A DNA stretch of 64,000 bases from an uncultured Desulfopila sp. (GCA_964412665.1 CAYPPR010000009.1:18091-82090); one strand, 5' to 3'; shown: positions 23,501-35,900, counted from the stretch's first letter. Translations and numbers: made by a program. The notes: generated by a model from the letters alone, not told the origin.

Positions 23501-23693
23501 GTTCCACCCCCCCACCGGGCCAAGGAATAAGGACAACGGCAGTGGGGACATCAATATCGGGCCGATCTTCCCGGGGAGTCACCAGCAGGCTGTAACTGCC
23601 CAGAATCAAAGATGCCAGTACAAACAAGGGAACCAGCGGGGAATCCAGAAGACGGTTCGCAATACGTCCGGCCAGGCCAAGCTGTTCCATCAA
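20514..23693 (-). CDS. RND efflux transporter permease (AcrB/HAE1-like)
   Basis: 1059 aa. Twelve-TM, two-large-loop organisation with typical AcrB-family segments. Confidence 0.92.
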   Translation of the reverse strand: MMEQLGLAGRIANRLLDSPLVPLFVLASLILGSYSLLVTPREDRPDIDVPTAVVLIPWPGGGVERVDDQLARRAGSWIRQLSSVKKIHSSSTDHAALLTVEFEAGTAETTAFAELEELFNVYADHLPVAAGTPRIDTFGEERLVMFMATLSSKIHSPRELDQVAGEVSARLESVAGVRNIIRYGGDQQAIEVLPRLEEMAAYGISLHQMAEAVAGAGRQIPIGYLESAPVAVMQTGTDIGSCEKLGRIPVGQGSVGPVYLEDVADIRNGTVHRNRAVLNWQHGQSTAYPAVTLAMTTLPGQNVADVTRRITQRMAELKTQLVPAGMQLSICYDAGIEATQRVYNVLSQLFTGTLIVVGIIWLGLGWRAAIIIALMMPSSLAIVPFIYNQFDFTLNPVSIAAMILAIGILSDDAVVMLENVSRQFRNAGKKSRELTVSAVNEVGNPTILADLLVVATLLPTAYITGEMGQYVRAIPVGASAAVMFSLLVALTITPYFGLRLLKVDMSAHRGSTSKTGVQETATSEKGYARCYHALMYPLMAHGILRWILYLGLVILLLASFSMVGLRWVQVGLTPLLDRQIFAVHVELPAGATLTETLTATSAVSRKLRNLPEVKSLTVYAGTQAPFIYPPSEIQVPESLPPHRAKLHVEMVPSQERQRLSYEVSREVAHKLDDWLAPYNAKGYIGRIPSGPSSDRAVTAEIYGPDADARQALADRLERWLSAQPGVVATEQFPKDPLPLLNLLVDPQHAATRGVIPAAVTRTLFLAVEGRAVTDWPVAGSREPVPVILRLDQTRRDTVESLKSIYLPGVQGQPVPLEELVHFDQHPGNPVRYRRDLLPIISVVADLDRSVAQPLTIQLAGAKSLPAEDDSRPIAIRWLSPPETTAHPQLYWSGEWEMTRDVYRDLGTAGAVVMLLIYLLLAGWFSSYTLPFLIMLPIPLIFIGVIPAHWIWGINLVGTGVLGIIALAGIVVRNSILLVDFIKQRENEGMALKEAVLQAGVQRTRPILLTAATVMFGSGVLVFEPSLKPLGLTLASGVMISTLLTLVLIPILYFHVHHNK

Positions 23694-24817
23694 TGAAACT
23701 CCCGCACCGGGCGAACCTGTTGACCGTCCCGCAAATCCGGGGAAGGATCCAACACGACTAGTTCCCCGGTTTCAAGCCCCTGAGAGACCGGAATAAAGTC
23801 ATTTTCACCGGGTTCTCCAGCAATCGTATGGATCCAGCGCAGATGCACAAAAGCTTTTTCCTTCTTTTGCTCAAACACCATGGTTCCGGTCAACTGGCCG
23901 CGGCGAATCAATGCCGCTCGAGGCAAGGCCACGCTCTCTTTTTGGGGGGTATCTTTCAGTAGTACATCAACCACCAAGCCGGGCTGGAGAGCCGGCGGCG
24001 GGGTTTTAACGGAAAGCCGCATTATCTGACCGGCCAAAGCGCCTTCCAGAGCCGGCACGATCGCCACGTAACTGGCCACAAGAGGTTCACTCAATAATGA
24101 GCTGACTACGAATAATTCCTCTTCAGGGGGTAACCGATCGGCTATCTTTGATGGAACTGGAACATCGATTCGCAGGGTTGATCGATCTTCTATGACCAAC
24201 ACCGGTTGTCCCGGCCCGGTAAATGATCCTTCGTCAACAACCACTTCGCTGACCATGCCGACAAATGGGGCAGTGATATGGGCATAGCCGCGGTTAATCC
24301 GCTGAATATTGAGTTCGGCGCGAACTTTTTCTACATTTGCCTCCATTTTCCGTTGTTTCACCCGGGCCTGTTCAAGACGATTTCGGGCAATGAGATCTTC
24401 TGCGTAAAGTCTTTGAAAACGGCCGACATTGCGCACCGCCAGATCATGGGCAGCTTCCGCGGCCTTGAGTTGCTCTTTGGCGGCAGCAATGACCGCTTCT
24501 AAATCCCGGGATTCAATGCGCGCCAGCAGTTCACCCGCTGTTATGTAGTCCCCTGCTTTAACAAGGATTGACTGGATCGTTCCGTTTACGCGGGTACTGA
24601 GTACGGCGCGGCGGCCCGGACGTACCACGCCGGGAAAATGGCGGTTTGAACCTTTTAGCCACGGCTGTATCTCTGCAACCGTCACTTTCACGAGTTCTTC
24701 CGGTACAAGACCCCGCACGGTGTCGTTATCTTCGGATTCGGAACAACCCGTCAAAACCAGCATGCTCCATACTAAAAAATGGAAAAAGAGGTGAGATTTG
24801 CGGTCAATGGGCTTCAT
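23690..24817 (-). CDS. RND efflux periplasmic adaptor (membrane fusion protein), lipoprotein
   Basis: Lipobox LVLTGCSE, a coiled-coil hairpin and beta-barrel segments. Start taken at MKPIDRK, which has GGGAGA SD. The 3' end overlaps the permease start (ATGA). Confidence 0.88.
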   Translation of the reverse strand: MKPIDRKSHLFFHFLVWSMLVLTGCSESEDNDTVRGLVPEELVKVTVAEIQPWLKGSNRHFPGVVRPGRRAVLSTRVNGTIQSILVKAGDYITAGELLARIESRDLEAVIAAAKEQLKAAEAAHDLAVRNVGRFQRLYAEDLIARNRLEQARVKQRKMEANVEKVRAELNIQRINRGYAHITAPFVGMVSEVVVDEGSFTGPGQPVLVIEDRSTLRIDVPVPSKIADRLPPEEELFVVSSLLSEPLVASYVAIVPALEGALAGQIMRLSVKTPPPALQPGLVVDVLLKDTPQKESVALPRAALIRRGQLTGTMVFEQKKEKAFVHLRWIHTIAGEPGENDFIPVSQGLETGELVVLDPSPDLRDGQQVRPVREFH

Positions 24818-26138
24818 TGGATGTCTCCCGTAATGCATCTAAAGGATCCTTTCCATAACGCAGGTAATAATTCATGGATGCCAGCAATACATTATATTGA
24901 TACCGGCTGTATTCAAGGCGGCGCTGGTAAAGAGTAGCCTGGGTCGCGAGCAAATCAGTCATGTTGCCCAACTCTTCTTCATATTGCCGCCGCGCCAGTG
25001 TCAGGGCAGTGGCTGCCGCTTCCACTGCCCTGCCTGATGCCTGCCAGGCAGACCAGGCCGCCCACCAGTCACTGATTGCCAGTTCCTGTTCCTGGGCCAC
25101 CGCACGACGGGCCGCTTCCACTTCGATATGCGCCAAGGTTTTTCGGGCCCGGGCTTCGGCAATCTCGCCTTGTCGTTTTAACCCGTCAAACAATGTCCAT
25201 TGCAGATGAAGTGCCACCACCCAGCCGTCGGCGTAAAGGTCAAACGGCTCATCCCCGTCAACCCATTGCTGTCGCGCCAGCAGATTGACACTGGGTAACC
25301 ACCCGGTTTTTGCTTTGTCCAGGCCGGCTGCAGCGGCTTCGTGTTTTGCTTCCTCTGCCAGAAGGTCATAGCGTTTATCCGATGATACCGGTTCTGCTAC
25401 CGGTGGGATCGGTTCCGTAAAATCATTAATGAAAACATATTCTTGCTGAGGTGGCAGACCCAGCAGCGTGGCCAAATTCACCAAAGCCTGCCGCACATCC
25501 GATTCCGCGGTGTTGACACGGGCCCTGCCCGCCGCCATCTCCGCCTCAGCCCTTACCACATCGAGCTTTGCAACCAGACCTTCCCGGTAAGCGGCATCCG
25601 CCACCTCCCAGGCTTCCTGCGCGGCTTCCAGCGCAATACGGGCCGCCTTTTCATCGGCTTGACGCACGGCAACGGCATAATAGTGAGCAGCTACCTGAAA
25701 CCGCAGCACCTGCCTGCCCCACCGATATGCCAGACGGTGGGCTTCTTTTCCTTGGGCGGCCTGTTTACGCGCCTTGAAGGCATCAGCATTAAACACCGGT
25801 TGTATCACTTGAACCCCTCTGATCGCCGCATTCACCGGACCAAAATCCCTATAGACAATGCGTGGCGGCAGGTTGAGAGAAGGAACCGGAACATCATTGA
25901 TCAGGGAGGAATCTGCCCGCAGCAAAGTGGCATCGACAGAAATTTTCGGCAAAAATGCCTGAGCAGTGCGCTGGTGGGTGGCTGTTGCAAGGGCATGTTC
26001 GGCATGCAAAAGTTGCAATTCCGTGGCATTTTTTTCAGCCAGTTCCAGCGCCTGCTGGAGGGTCAATTCTCCGGCGTAAACAGAAGAAACATAATAAAAT
26101 AAAACTATCGCCCAAATAGCTTTCAAAATTCTTTCCAT
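24804..26138 (-). CDS. TolC-family outer membrane efflux protein
   Basis: Signal peptide MERILKAIWAIVLFYYVSSVYAG and two OEP repeats rich in coiled-coil Ala/Gln/Arg. The start is uncertain; a TTG at 26159 is the alternative. Confidence 0.85.
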   Translation of the reverse strand: MERILKAIWAIVLFYYVSSVYAGELTLQQALELAEKNATELQLLHAEHALATATHQRTAQAFLPKISVDATLLRADSSLINDVPVPSLNLPPRIVYRDFGPVNAAIRGVQVIQPVFNADAFKARKQAAQGKEAHRLAYRWGRQVLRFQVAAHYYAVAVRQADEKAARIALEAAQEAWEVADAAYREGLVAKLDVVRAEAEMAAGRARVNTAESDVRQALVNLATLLGLPPQQEYVFINDFTEPIPPVAEPVSSDKRYDLLAEEAKHEAAAAGLDKAKTGWLPSVNLLARQQWVDGDEPFDLYADGWVVALHLQWTLFDGLKRQGEIAEARARKTLAHIEVEAARRAVAQEQELAISDWWAAWSAWQASGRAVEAAATALTLARRQYEEELGNMTDLLATQATLYQRRLEYSRYQYNVLLASMNYYLRYGKDPLDALRETSNEAH

Positions 26139-26432
26139 TGTTTTTAGATTTGTAAACAATCAATTACACTGGAGGATGCTATGAATTTAGCTAAATTTTA
26201 TTCTGCCTACGCCGTCAAGAAGTCGGCAATCAAATCAAATAAAGCCGTGCGGATAATGCAAAGATGAGAGACCGCTGCGCAGTATTGTCAAAGATCGTAT
26301 CCTGAAAAAGCCGGATAGACAGGATAGACAGGATGAATGGACTCTTTTATCCAATAACGGTTGGAGATCATTTTTTTGTCCAAAGATGAACGGAAAAGCG
26401 ACTGCTGGTCTAAAACGGGAATTGCTGGAGAG

Positions 26433-26466
26433 GCGGCACCACCCTTCCACGGAAGAGTGGTGCCGC
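26433..26466 (-). terminator. strong hairpin 16 nt downstream of the ferredoxin gene (candidate terminator; weak U-tract)
   Basis: GCGGCACCAC (26433-26442) pairs with GTGGTGCCGC (26457-26466). An inner CTTCC/GGAAG extension is present. Confidence 0.4.
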
Positions 26467-26481
26467 TCTCATTATATGGTA

Positions 26482-27076
<595 letters not shown>

Positions 27077-27264
27077 ATCGCCTCCATTCCTCGACAAGAG
27101 TTGCTCCATGATAAAAAATAAGCAAAAAACATGCCGTTGTAAACACTGCCAAAATGGATGGGAAAGAGGTCAAGTTATGCGATCCGCCAACCGATCTCTC
27201 TCTTTTTTTCCTGTTGTTCAGGACATTTTCCAATTAAAGAGGACGATTCGATACTGATCAGCGT

Positions 27265-28053
27265 TTATATTTCTTCCAACTCCTTTGCATCGTAAAAGGC
27301 CCTTTCAAAAAACAGCCCGGCCGGCGGCGCCGTATGATTAAAGGGCACCGTTGACGGCGCTTGCAAAAAATGGCGGACAGCTTCTTTGGTCAATCGATGG
27401 CCGCCGACCTCGACCAGCACCCCGACCATCCGGCGCACCATGCGCCAGAGAAAATGCGAGCCGATCACCCTGACGATCAGGACGTCTTCATCTTCAACCA
27501 GCTGCACCCTGTGCACGAGCACCCTGGTCGATTTTTTCAGCTCCTGCTTTTCGGCAAAGGCTGCAAAATCATGCATACCGACCATCACTTCGGCGGCGCA
27601 CCGCATGGCAGCAACATCGAGCTCTTCGCGCACCCACCAGTTATAGCGTTTGGCAAAGGCGGATTTGCGGCGTTTTATCTGATAGATATAGCTTCTGGCC
27701 AGACAGTTGTGCCGGGCATGAAAGCGCGCATCGACCGGCTCCACCGCCAGAACGGCGAGATCTTTCGGCAGAGTATCGTTAAGCAACGCTGCCACGGTTT
27801 CCGGTTCCAGCGCGCTGGCGACCTCCAGATGGGCAGCATATCGTAGAGCATGCACCCCGGCATCGGTGCGCCCGCAGCCCTGAATATCCATTGTCACCGG
27901 ACCAAAGACCCGCTCGGCACCTTTCAGCAGGTCGCCTTGCACGGTTCGTGCATCATTTTGTTTCTGCCAGCCGCTGAAATTGGTGCCGTCGTACTCGAGG
28001 ATAAGCTTATAACGGCGTGGTGCTGTTATGGTACGACTTTTTTTCAGATCCAT
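27265..28053 (-). CDS. truA: tRNA pseudouridine(38-40) synthase
   Basis: YDGTNFSGWQKQ and GCGRTDAGVHA (catalytic Asp), followed by a FLWRMVRRMVG-type motif. Confidence 0.93.
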   Translation of the reverse strand: MDLKKSRTITAPRRYKLILEYDGTNFSGWQKQNDARTVQGDLLKGAERVFGPVTMDIQGCGRTDAGVHALRYAAHLEVASALEPETVAALLNDTLPKDLAVLAVEPVDARFHARHNCLARSYIYQIKRRKSAFAKRYNWWVREELDVAAMRCAAEVMVGMHDFAAFAEKQELKKSTRVLVHRVQLVEDEDVLIVRVIGSHFLWRMVRRMVGVLVEVGGHRLTKEAVRHFLQAPSTVPFNHTAPPAGLFFERAFYDAKELEEI

Positions 28054-28176
28054 AGTCTCTTCCTCATTGGCAAACCGGTGGGCGATAGTTACAATTACTT
28101 TTAAACAAGATAACGCATGTCGAGAACAACAGGGAAAGAGACTGATTTTATTCTTTGCTAACCAGGTATTCTGCCG

Positions 28177-28713
28177 ATGATTCGATTATTTATTGCCATA
28201 GACCTCCCCGAAGCTGTCCGCCTGGAGGTAGAAGGAATGGGCAGATCGATCGCCAACGCCAGTCCGGTTTCGGCGGAGCAGCTGCATCTCACCCTGAAAT
28301 TTATCGGCGAGGTGGAGGGCAGCAGACTGCTTGATATCCGCGACGCCCTGACAGAGGTTTTCATACCAAAGTTCTCCATCGCTCTGAAGGGCGTCGGCAC
28401 CTTCCCCCCCCGCGGCATTCCGCGCATCCTCTGGGTCGGCGTCGAGAGCGGAGAACACATACTGCCGCTGCGAAACTCCATTGAAAAAACCCTCGCCGTT
28501 ATCAATATTCCCAGAGAGAGAAAAAAGTACATCCCCCATCTGACCATCGCCCGGCTCAAAAACAGCCCCATACCCCAGCTGCAGCGTTTTTTGGCCGGAA
28601 ATGCCTTTTTCCAGACTGCGGAGTTTCCGGTGGAAAGCTTCCATCTCTACAGCAGCCGGCTGACGCAAAAAGGCGCGCAGCATACTCTTGAACGGTCTTA
28701 TCCGCTGATCTAG
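28177..28713 (+). CDS. thpR: RNA 2',3'-cyclic phosphodiesterase (2H family, ThpR/LigT)
   Basis: Two HxTx motifs (HLTLKF and HLTIAR) at the expected spacing. 178 aa. Confidence 0.88.
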   Translation: MIRLFIAIDLPEAVRLEVEGMGRSIANASPVSAEQLHLTLKFIGEVEGSRLLDIRDALTEVFIPKFSIALKGVGTFPPRGIPRILWVGVESGEHILPLRNSIEKTLAVINIPRERKKYIPHLTIARLKNSPIPQLQRFLAGNAFFQTAEFPVESFHLYSSRLTQKGAQHTLERSYPLI

Positions 28714-28729
28714 CAGCTTGTCCGCAGTG

Positions 28730-30829
<2,100 letters not shown>

Positions 30830-30929
30830 TCAACATATGAATTCAATTGTTACAACGCTGCACAATCGTTGCGCCGCTGCAGCTTAAAATTGTTCCCAGG
30901 CTTTAGCATGGGAATAAAAGGAAAACACC

Positions 30930-31799
30930 ATGCATTATCAAGGAAATATTTTTCGACCGCCGAGTGAAGCCTCCTCGATTTTATTACAGATAACCACCGG
31001 CTGCTCGCACAACAAATGCACCTTCTGCGGCATGTACAAAGGCAGCCGGTTTTCCATAAAGGACGACCGGACGATCATGGCCGATATCGATTTTGCCGCC
31101 GCCAACTGCCGCCGGCAGAAGCGACTGTTTCTCTGTGACGGAGATGCCCTGATTATCTCCCAGGAGCGGTTGCTGACTATCCTGTCGGCCATCCGTACCA
31201 AACTGCCCTGGGTGACGAGAATAGGCACCTATGCCAATACCAAGAGCATCATGCGCAAGAGCCCCGAACAACTGCGAGAGCTCCACGAGCATGGACTGCA
31301 GATCGCCTATATGGGCCTCGAGTCCGGCGATGACGTCACCCTGCAAAATATCAACAAGGGCGCCGATGCCGCGCGGATGATCGACATGGGCAAAAAAATT
31401 CGCGCCTCGGGAATCAAGCTGTCCGTCACTGTCCTGCTCGGTATCGGCGGCAAGGAACGCTCGCATATCCATGCCCGGGAGACCGGCCGCGTCCTCACCG
31501 CCATCGACCCCGAATATGTCGGAGCCTTGAGTCTTATGCTTACGCCGGGCACACCGCTTTTCGATGCCGCGGAAAAAGGCGCGTTTATTTTGCCTTCAGC
31601 CACGGAGATGCTCGAGGAACTGGCCATCATGTTCACCCATACCGACCTCTCCGATGGCTACTTCCATGCCAATCATGCCTCGAACTATTTACCGATAAAA
31701 GCCAGGTTGCCGCACGACAAGGCAGAAACCCTGCAGCTTATTGCCGGTGCCCTGGCCGGCAAGGTCAGCCTGAAGCCGGAATATATGCGTGGTTTGTAG
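30930..31799 (+). CDS. radical SAM-superfamily protein with atypical cysteine spacing (CSHNKCTFC)
   Basis: QITTGCSHNKCTFCGMY near the N-terminus and a GLESGDD-type motif. 289 aa, with no extra domains apparent. Confidence 0.7.
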   Translation: MHYQGNIFRPPSEASSILLQITTGCSHNKCTFCGMYKGSRFSIKDDRTIMADIDFAAANCRRQKRLFLCDGDALIISQERLLTILSAIRTKLPWVTRIGTYANTKSIMRKSPEQLRELHEHGLQIAYMGLESGDDVTLQNINKGADAARMIDMGKKIRASGIKLSVTVLLGIGGKERSHIHARETGRVLTAIDPEYVGALSLMLTPGTPLFDAAEKGAFILPSATEMLEELAIMFTHTDLSDGYFHANHASNYLPIKARLPHDKAETLQLIAGALAGKVSLKPEYMRGL

Positions 31800-31826
31800 G
31801 CCTGCTCTGCGATTTCTGCAACGACC

Positions 31827-31861
31827 AAAACCCCTTGCTGCTCGGCAACAAGGGGTTTTTA
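31827..31861. terminator. bidirectional Rho-independent terminator between convergent genes
   Basis: AAAACCCCTTG...CAAGGGGTTTTT. The 7-bp GC-rich stem CCCCTTG/CAAGGGG is flanked by an A-run and a T-run. Confidence 0.8.
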
Positions 31862-31883
31862 TCATAGGTTACAAACTACCTTT

Positions 31884-33119
31884 CTAGAACCTGTAATTCA
31901 TACCGACGCTGATGAGAAGTGCTGAAGCATTGGTGAATTCACCATCGATAAACCCTTTATCATCTTTCGCCGTGCGGGACTCTTTGTAATCATAGAGGGC
32001 CGCGATACCAACATCCATCTTGTCACTTACCTTATACTGGGCGCCAAGGGAATAGATCCAGGCGTCGGAATCCGGTAGCTCAAAACCGATAGTTTCATTT
32101 GGAACCGGAGTTTCATCATAGGCAAAACCACCCATGAGCGTCCAGGTATCGTTCAACTCATAAGTCAGGCCAATACGAAAGCAATTTGCATCGTCCCAGT
32201 CTTTAGCACCAGGGGGTTCGAAAATATTTGCGGCGCCGACATTTGGAGAGAAATTGAAATCGAGGTCCTCATACTCCGACCAAAAGGTTCTATCCCAGGT
32301 AAGTTCGACGTTGAGATTATCCAACACATCATAGGCAACGGAGAGGGCAAAAACTGCCGGAACCAGAACAGAGACATCGGCATCGTAAGTTGCGAGTCCC
32401 ACTCCAAACAGTCTGAGATCAGCATCGTCTTCAAAATCTAGATCAATATGGGAGCGATAGGTGGCAGAGATGTTCAATTTTTCCATAGGTTTGACGGCAA
32501 GAGCCACATTCCACCCCCATTCTGTCGTATCCCCTTCCATTTCCCTTGAATATCGCTGCATGCCAAACCCTGGGACTGGAAAAAATCCATCGCCCTTCAC
32601 CGTGGCATCGGCATAGATCATACGTATACCGGCAGCGATAGAAACCATATTATTAAAACTATAGGCGACGGTCGGGTTCGCCTCAAGAACCGTCAGTGAG
32701 AACTCTTCGGCAAATGATTTCGGATAGGGATCGTCCCAGCGCTTAGACAAACCAGCGGGTGCAGTTAAGGAGAAACCGAAACGGGCACCGCCATAGGAGG
32801 GAGAAACAAGAAAACCGGTGGGCACAAAAAAATGTTCTTTTTCTGAACTCCCGTTACGCGCAACACCACGGGAGTCTTCATAATCAATTTCAGAAAGATA
32901 AATATAAGTGGCGTCAACCTCCAGATGATAGCGATCCTCCATCCAGGCCATATTAGCAGGGTTAAAATAGGCGCTATCAGCTCTGGTCGATGAGGCGATA
33001 TTAGCCCCGGCCTTGGCCGTTGAATCAACCGACTGCTCCGGGATACGCCACCCGGATGCCATTGCGGACCCCGCAACAAAGAGTGATGCCAGGGCCAATA
33101 CGGAAATCTTTTTCTTCAT
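31884..33119 (-). CDS. fadL: long-chain fatty acid outer-membrane transporter (FadL/OmpP1/TodX family)
   Basis: Signal peptide MKKKISVLALASLFVAGSAMA. N-terminal hatch motif GWRIPEQS and a terminal aromatic residue (YRF). Start moved to 33119, which has GGGGAGAAG SD. Confidence 0.85.
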   Translation of the reverse strand: MKKKISVLALASLFVAGSAMASGWRIPEQSVDSTAKAGANIASSTRADSAYFNPANMAWMEDRYHLEVDATYIYLSEIDYEDSRGVARNGSSEKEHFFVPTGFLVSPSYGGARFGFSLTAPAGLSKRWDDPYPKSFAEEFSLTVLEANPTVAYSFNNMVSIAAGIRMIYADATVKGDGFFPVPGFGMQRYSREMEGDTTEWGWNVALAVKPMEKLNISATYRSHIDLDFEDDADLRLFGVGLATYDADVSVLVPAVFALSVAYDVLDNLNVELTWDRTFWSEYEDLDFNFSPNVGAANIFEPPGAKDWDDANCFRIGLTYELNDTWTLMGGFAYDETPVPNETIGFELPDSDAWIYSLGAQYKVSDKMDVGIAALYDYKESRTAKDDKGFIDGEFTNASALLISVGMNYRF

Positions 33120-33343
33120 ACTTCTTCTCCCCTCGGTCTTGAAATTACGCAAATCTGCCAACCATACCGACAGACGCCTCATACCCCTATTCCAGAGAAT
33201 CTTCTGAAATAGACTTCTCCCCCAATTAACGACATTGCATCTTACGTTCAAGTCAACCATTACGGCGAGGTGTAGCATTGCACACTTACCTCCGCTTGTA
33301 ATATATAACTACAATGAATGTCAACTATAAACCAAACTTTCAA

Positions 33344-33796
33344 TCATACTGGCTCGGCCTGACGCAGTTTCTCAATCTCCTGCAGCATCGCCCCTTCCAT
33401 CGATACCGCCCGGCCGCTTTTGTCGGCTATGACAAAGGTGATAAGCGCATCAGCGGCAACTTTTAGCGATTCTTTGAGAAGAATTTTCTGCTGCATAACA
33501 ACACTTCTCTTGCCGATTTTTTCAATATCAGTGGTAACAAGCAGCGTTTCGCCCACCGGCACGGCCAGGCGATAGTTGACATTGATGTTAACGACAAGAA
33601 AGATGATCCCCTGCGCCGCCCATTTCTTCAAATCTATTTTTGATTCCAGCTGGGCCCACCGGTCTTCTTCAAAAAACTCGAGATACCTGGCGTTATTCAC
33701 ATGACCGTAAAAATCAGCATGATAACCCCGCACCTTTATTTCCGTCAAATATTGCATTCCATTCATTGCATCACTCTCACCACTCTGATTATTCAA
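33344..33796 (-). CDS. acyl-CoA thioesterase (4HBT/YbgC hotdog family)
   Basis: VRGYHADFYGHVNNARYLEFFEEDRW is the typical YbgC-like catalytic region. Confidence 0.85.
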   Translation of the reverse strand: MNNQSGESDAMNGMQYLTEIKVRGYHADFYGHVNNARYLEFFEEDRWAQLESKIDLKKWAAQGIIFLVVNINVNYRLAVPVGETLLVTTDIEKIGKRSVVMQQKILLKESLKVAADALITFVIADKSGRAVSMEGAMLQEIEKLRQAEPV

Positions 33797-34104
33797 CCGT
33801 CTTTGCCGAAGCTGCGCAAGAAATCCTGCAGCGCACCTGGATTATTCGACTTAATGGTCCCGGTCATGAAATCCTTCATTCCCGGTCGGTAATTTTCCTC
33901 CCAGATCTTCAGAAAAAATTCCGGACTGGTCTTGCAGACACAGTCGGCATTGTCAACGGTACGGCCATCACTGACCGTGCAGCTGTCCGCGCCGCATTGC
34001 ACGGATTTTTTCATATCGCCCAGCGAAAAATAAAAGCTCGTTGGTTTTGCAAACACTCCGGCAACAAATGATTCCGGCAGTCTGTTGAATATTCCCTCCA
34101 GCAT
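33793..34104 (-). CDS. SCP2 sterol/lipid-carrier domain protein
   Basis: About 100 aa with the typical C-terminal FMTGTIKSNNPGALQDF pattern. The stop overlaps the thioesterase start. Confidence 0.75.
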   Translation of the reverse strand: MLEGIFNRLPESFVAGVFAKPTSFYFSLGDMKKSVQCGADSCTVSDGRTVDNADCVCKTSPEFFLKIWEENYRPGMKDFMTGTIKSNNPGALQDFLRSFGKDG

Positions 34105-34141
34105 AGCCTGGTCCTTTTATCTGGTGCTTTATACTTTTTGC

Positions 34142-35059
34142 CTATAAAGCCTGAAGTTTTTCCGTAAGAGCCGGGATAAACTGCTTCAGATCCGCGACCA
34201 CCAGCACATCGGCCACATCACCGATAGGCGCATCCTTATCGGTATTAACGGCGACGATAAATTCCGACTTTTTCATGCCGGCCAGATGCTGGATAGCCCC
34301 GGAAATACCGCAGGCCAGATACAGTTTCGGGGCCACGGTCTGTCCCGTCGTGCCGACCTGACGATTATGCTCGACCCACTCGGAATCGACCACCGGTCGG
34401 CTGGCACCGTATTCCCCGCCAAGGGCCTTGGCCAGAGCGGCGATCATCGCCACATTTTCCGGCTTGCCGATACCCCGGCCAGCACTGACGATAATCTTCG
34501 CCTTGCCTAAATCGACGCCGCCGGTTTCCGCCTGCTCGTAGCCGGTGAAACGGACCCTGTCGCCAGCCTCGGCGCTGATCTTTTCAACTGTCGGCGTAGC
34601 GCTCGGCTCCTCGGTCAGACCAAAGGCCCCGGCCTGCAGGGTTACCACCGTCTTCTCGGTTTTCACCATTACATCCCGGCGCAGTTTAGCATTGCAGACG
34701 GGGACAACCATGGTGCCGTCAACCACATCAACCACCTCGGAAACCTGCGCCGCCTTCAGGGCAAAAGCAACACGCGGCGCAAGATCCCAGCCGTAGGAAG
34801 AATGCGAGAAGACGACCATGTCCGGTTGCTCTTTGGCTACGACATCGAGAATCAACTGTTTATGCACATCCGGATTGTATTCACCAACTGCGGCAGCATC
34901 GGCCAGATAGAGTGTCCCGGCAAATTGCGGCAGGGTGCTGTCGCTGCCGACGAGCACCATTGCCGCCTCGGCACCCATTTTCTCGGCAAAGGCCATCAGT
35001 TCATAGCAGCTTCCGAGCAGTTTTCCTTCTCTACTTTCAGCAATAAGCAATATTTTCAT
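34142..35059 (-). CDS. etfA: electron transfer flavoprotein subunit alpha
   Basis: FAD-binding C-terminal motifs [44 protein letters not shown]. Start placed at MKILLIAE, 6 nt after GGAGGAG. An alternative ATG lies at 35074. Confidence 0.93.
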   Translation of the reverse strand: MKILLIAESREGKLLGSCYELMAFAEKMGAEAAMVLVGSDSTLPQFAGTLYLADAAAVGEYNPDVHKQLILDVVAKEQPDMVVFSHSSYGWDLAPRVAFALKAAQVSEVVDVVDGTMVVPVCNAKLRRDVMVKTEKTVVTLQAGAFGLTEEPSATPTVEKISAEAGDRVRFTGYEQAETGGVDLGKAKIIVSAGRGIGKPENVAMIAALAKALGGEYGASRPVVDSEWVEHNRQVGTTGQTVAPKLYLACGISGAIQHLAGMKKSEFIVAVNTDKDAPIGDVADVLVVADLKQFIPALTEKLQAL

Positions 35060-35074
35060 TATCATCTCCTCCAT

Positions 35075-35848
35075 CTAGCCCAGAACAGCGGTTTTTTCTT
35101 TCAAGATCTTGATCAGTTGATCAGCCAGCGCCGCGGCATCTCCCTCAAGCACCAGCCCGCCGCCTTTCTTTTCCGGGAAATACATTTTGGCGGTTTCCTG
35201 CCGGGCTTCGACTTTTAAAAGTTCCTGCACCGGAATGGAAAGCAGCTCTTTTTTCTTGGCCTTCATGATATTGGGCAGGGTCGGATAGCGCGGGGTATTC
35301 AGCCCCAGCTGACAGGTAATAACCGCAGGCGCGTCCACGCTGACACAGGCTTTGACACCCCCTTCGAGTTCGCGTTTGGCATCAATAACGCCGTCCTTAA
35401 AGTCAAAACGAACCACAGTGGTAACACCCGGTATGCCGAGCATTTCGGCGACTAAAATCCCCACCTGGGCGCTGCCCCGGTCCTGGGACTGCATGCCGGT
35501 GAAGATCAGATCAAAGTTTTTATCCTTGGCATACTCGGCGATGATTGCAGCAACCTCATAGGGCTCCTTGCCACTGACTTCCTCATCGGCGATATGTGCA
35601 CCACGGTCACAGCCCATGGCCAGGGCCTTTTTCATGGTTTCCTTGACCTTTTCGGAACCGATGCACAAAACGGTCAGCTCGGCATCTTTTTCCTGTTCCT
35701 TCAACTGAACTGCCTGCTCGACGGCGTATTCATCGTACTCATTCATTCGCCAGGCCAGATCGGTTTTCGCGTACCAGGTCCCCCCGGCGTCAACCTTGAA
35801 TTTAGATTCCATATCGGGAACCTGTTTTATGCAAACGAGAATTTTCAT
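35075..35848 (-). CDS. etfB: electron transfer flavoprotein subunit beta
   Basis: MKILVCIKQVPD and NEYDEYAVEQA are typical EtfB signatures. Confidence 0.93.
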   Translation of the reverse strand: MKILVCIKQVPDMESKFKVDAGGTWYAKTDLAWRMNEYDEYAVEQAVQLKEQEKDAELTVLCIGSEKVKETMKKALAMGCDRGAHIADEEVSGKEPYEVAAIIAEYAKDKNFDLIFTGMQSQDRGSAQVGILVAEMLGIPGVTTVVRFDFKDGVIDAKRELEGGVKACVSVDAPAVITCQLGLNTPRYPTLPNIMKAKKKELLSIPVQELLKVEARQETAKMYFPEKKGGGLVLEGDAAALADQLIKILKEKTAVLG

Positions 35849-35900
35849 ACTTTCCCTCCAATGTAGTGACTTAGAAAGTCTTTCTTATTTTTTACGTTTA

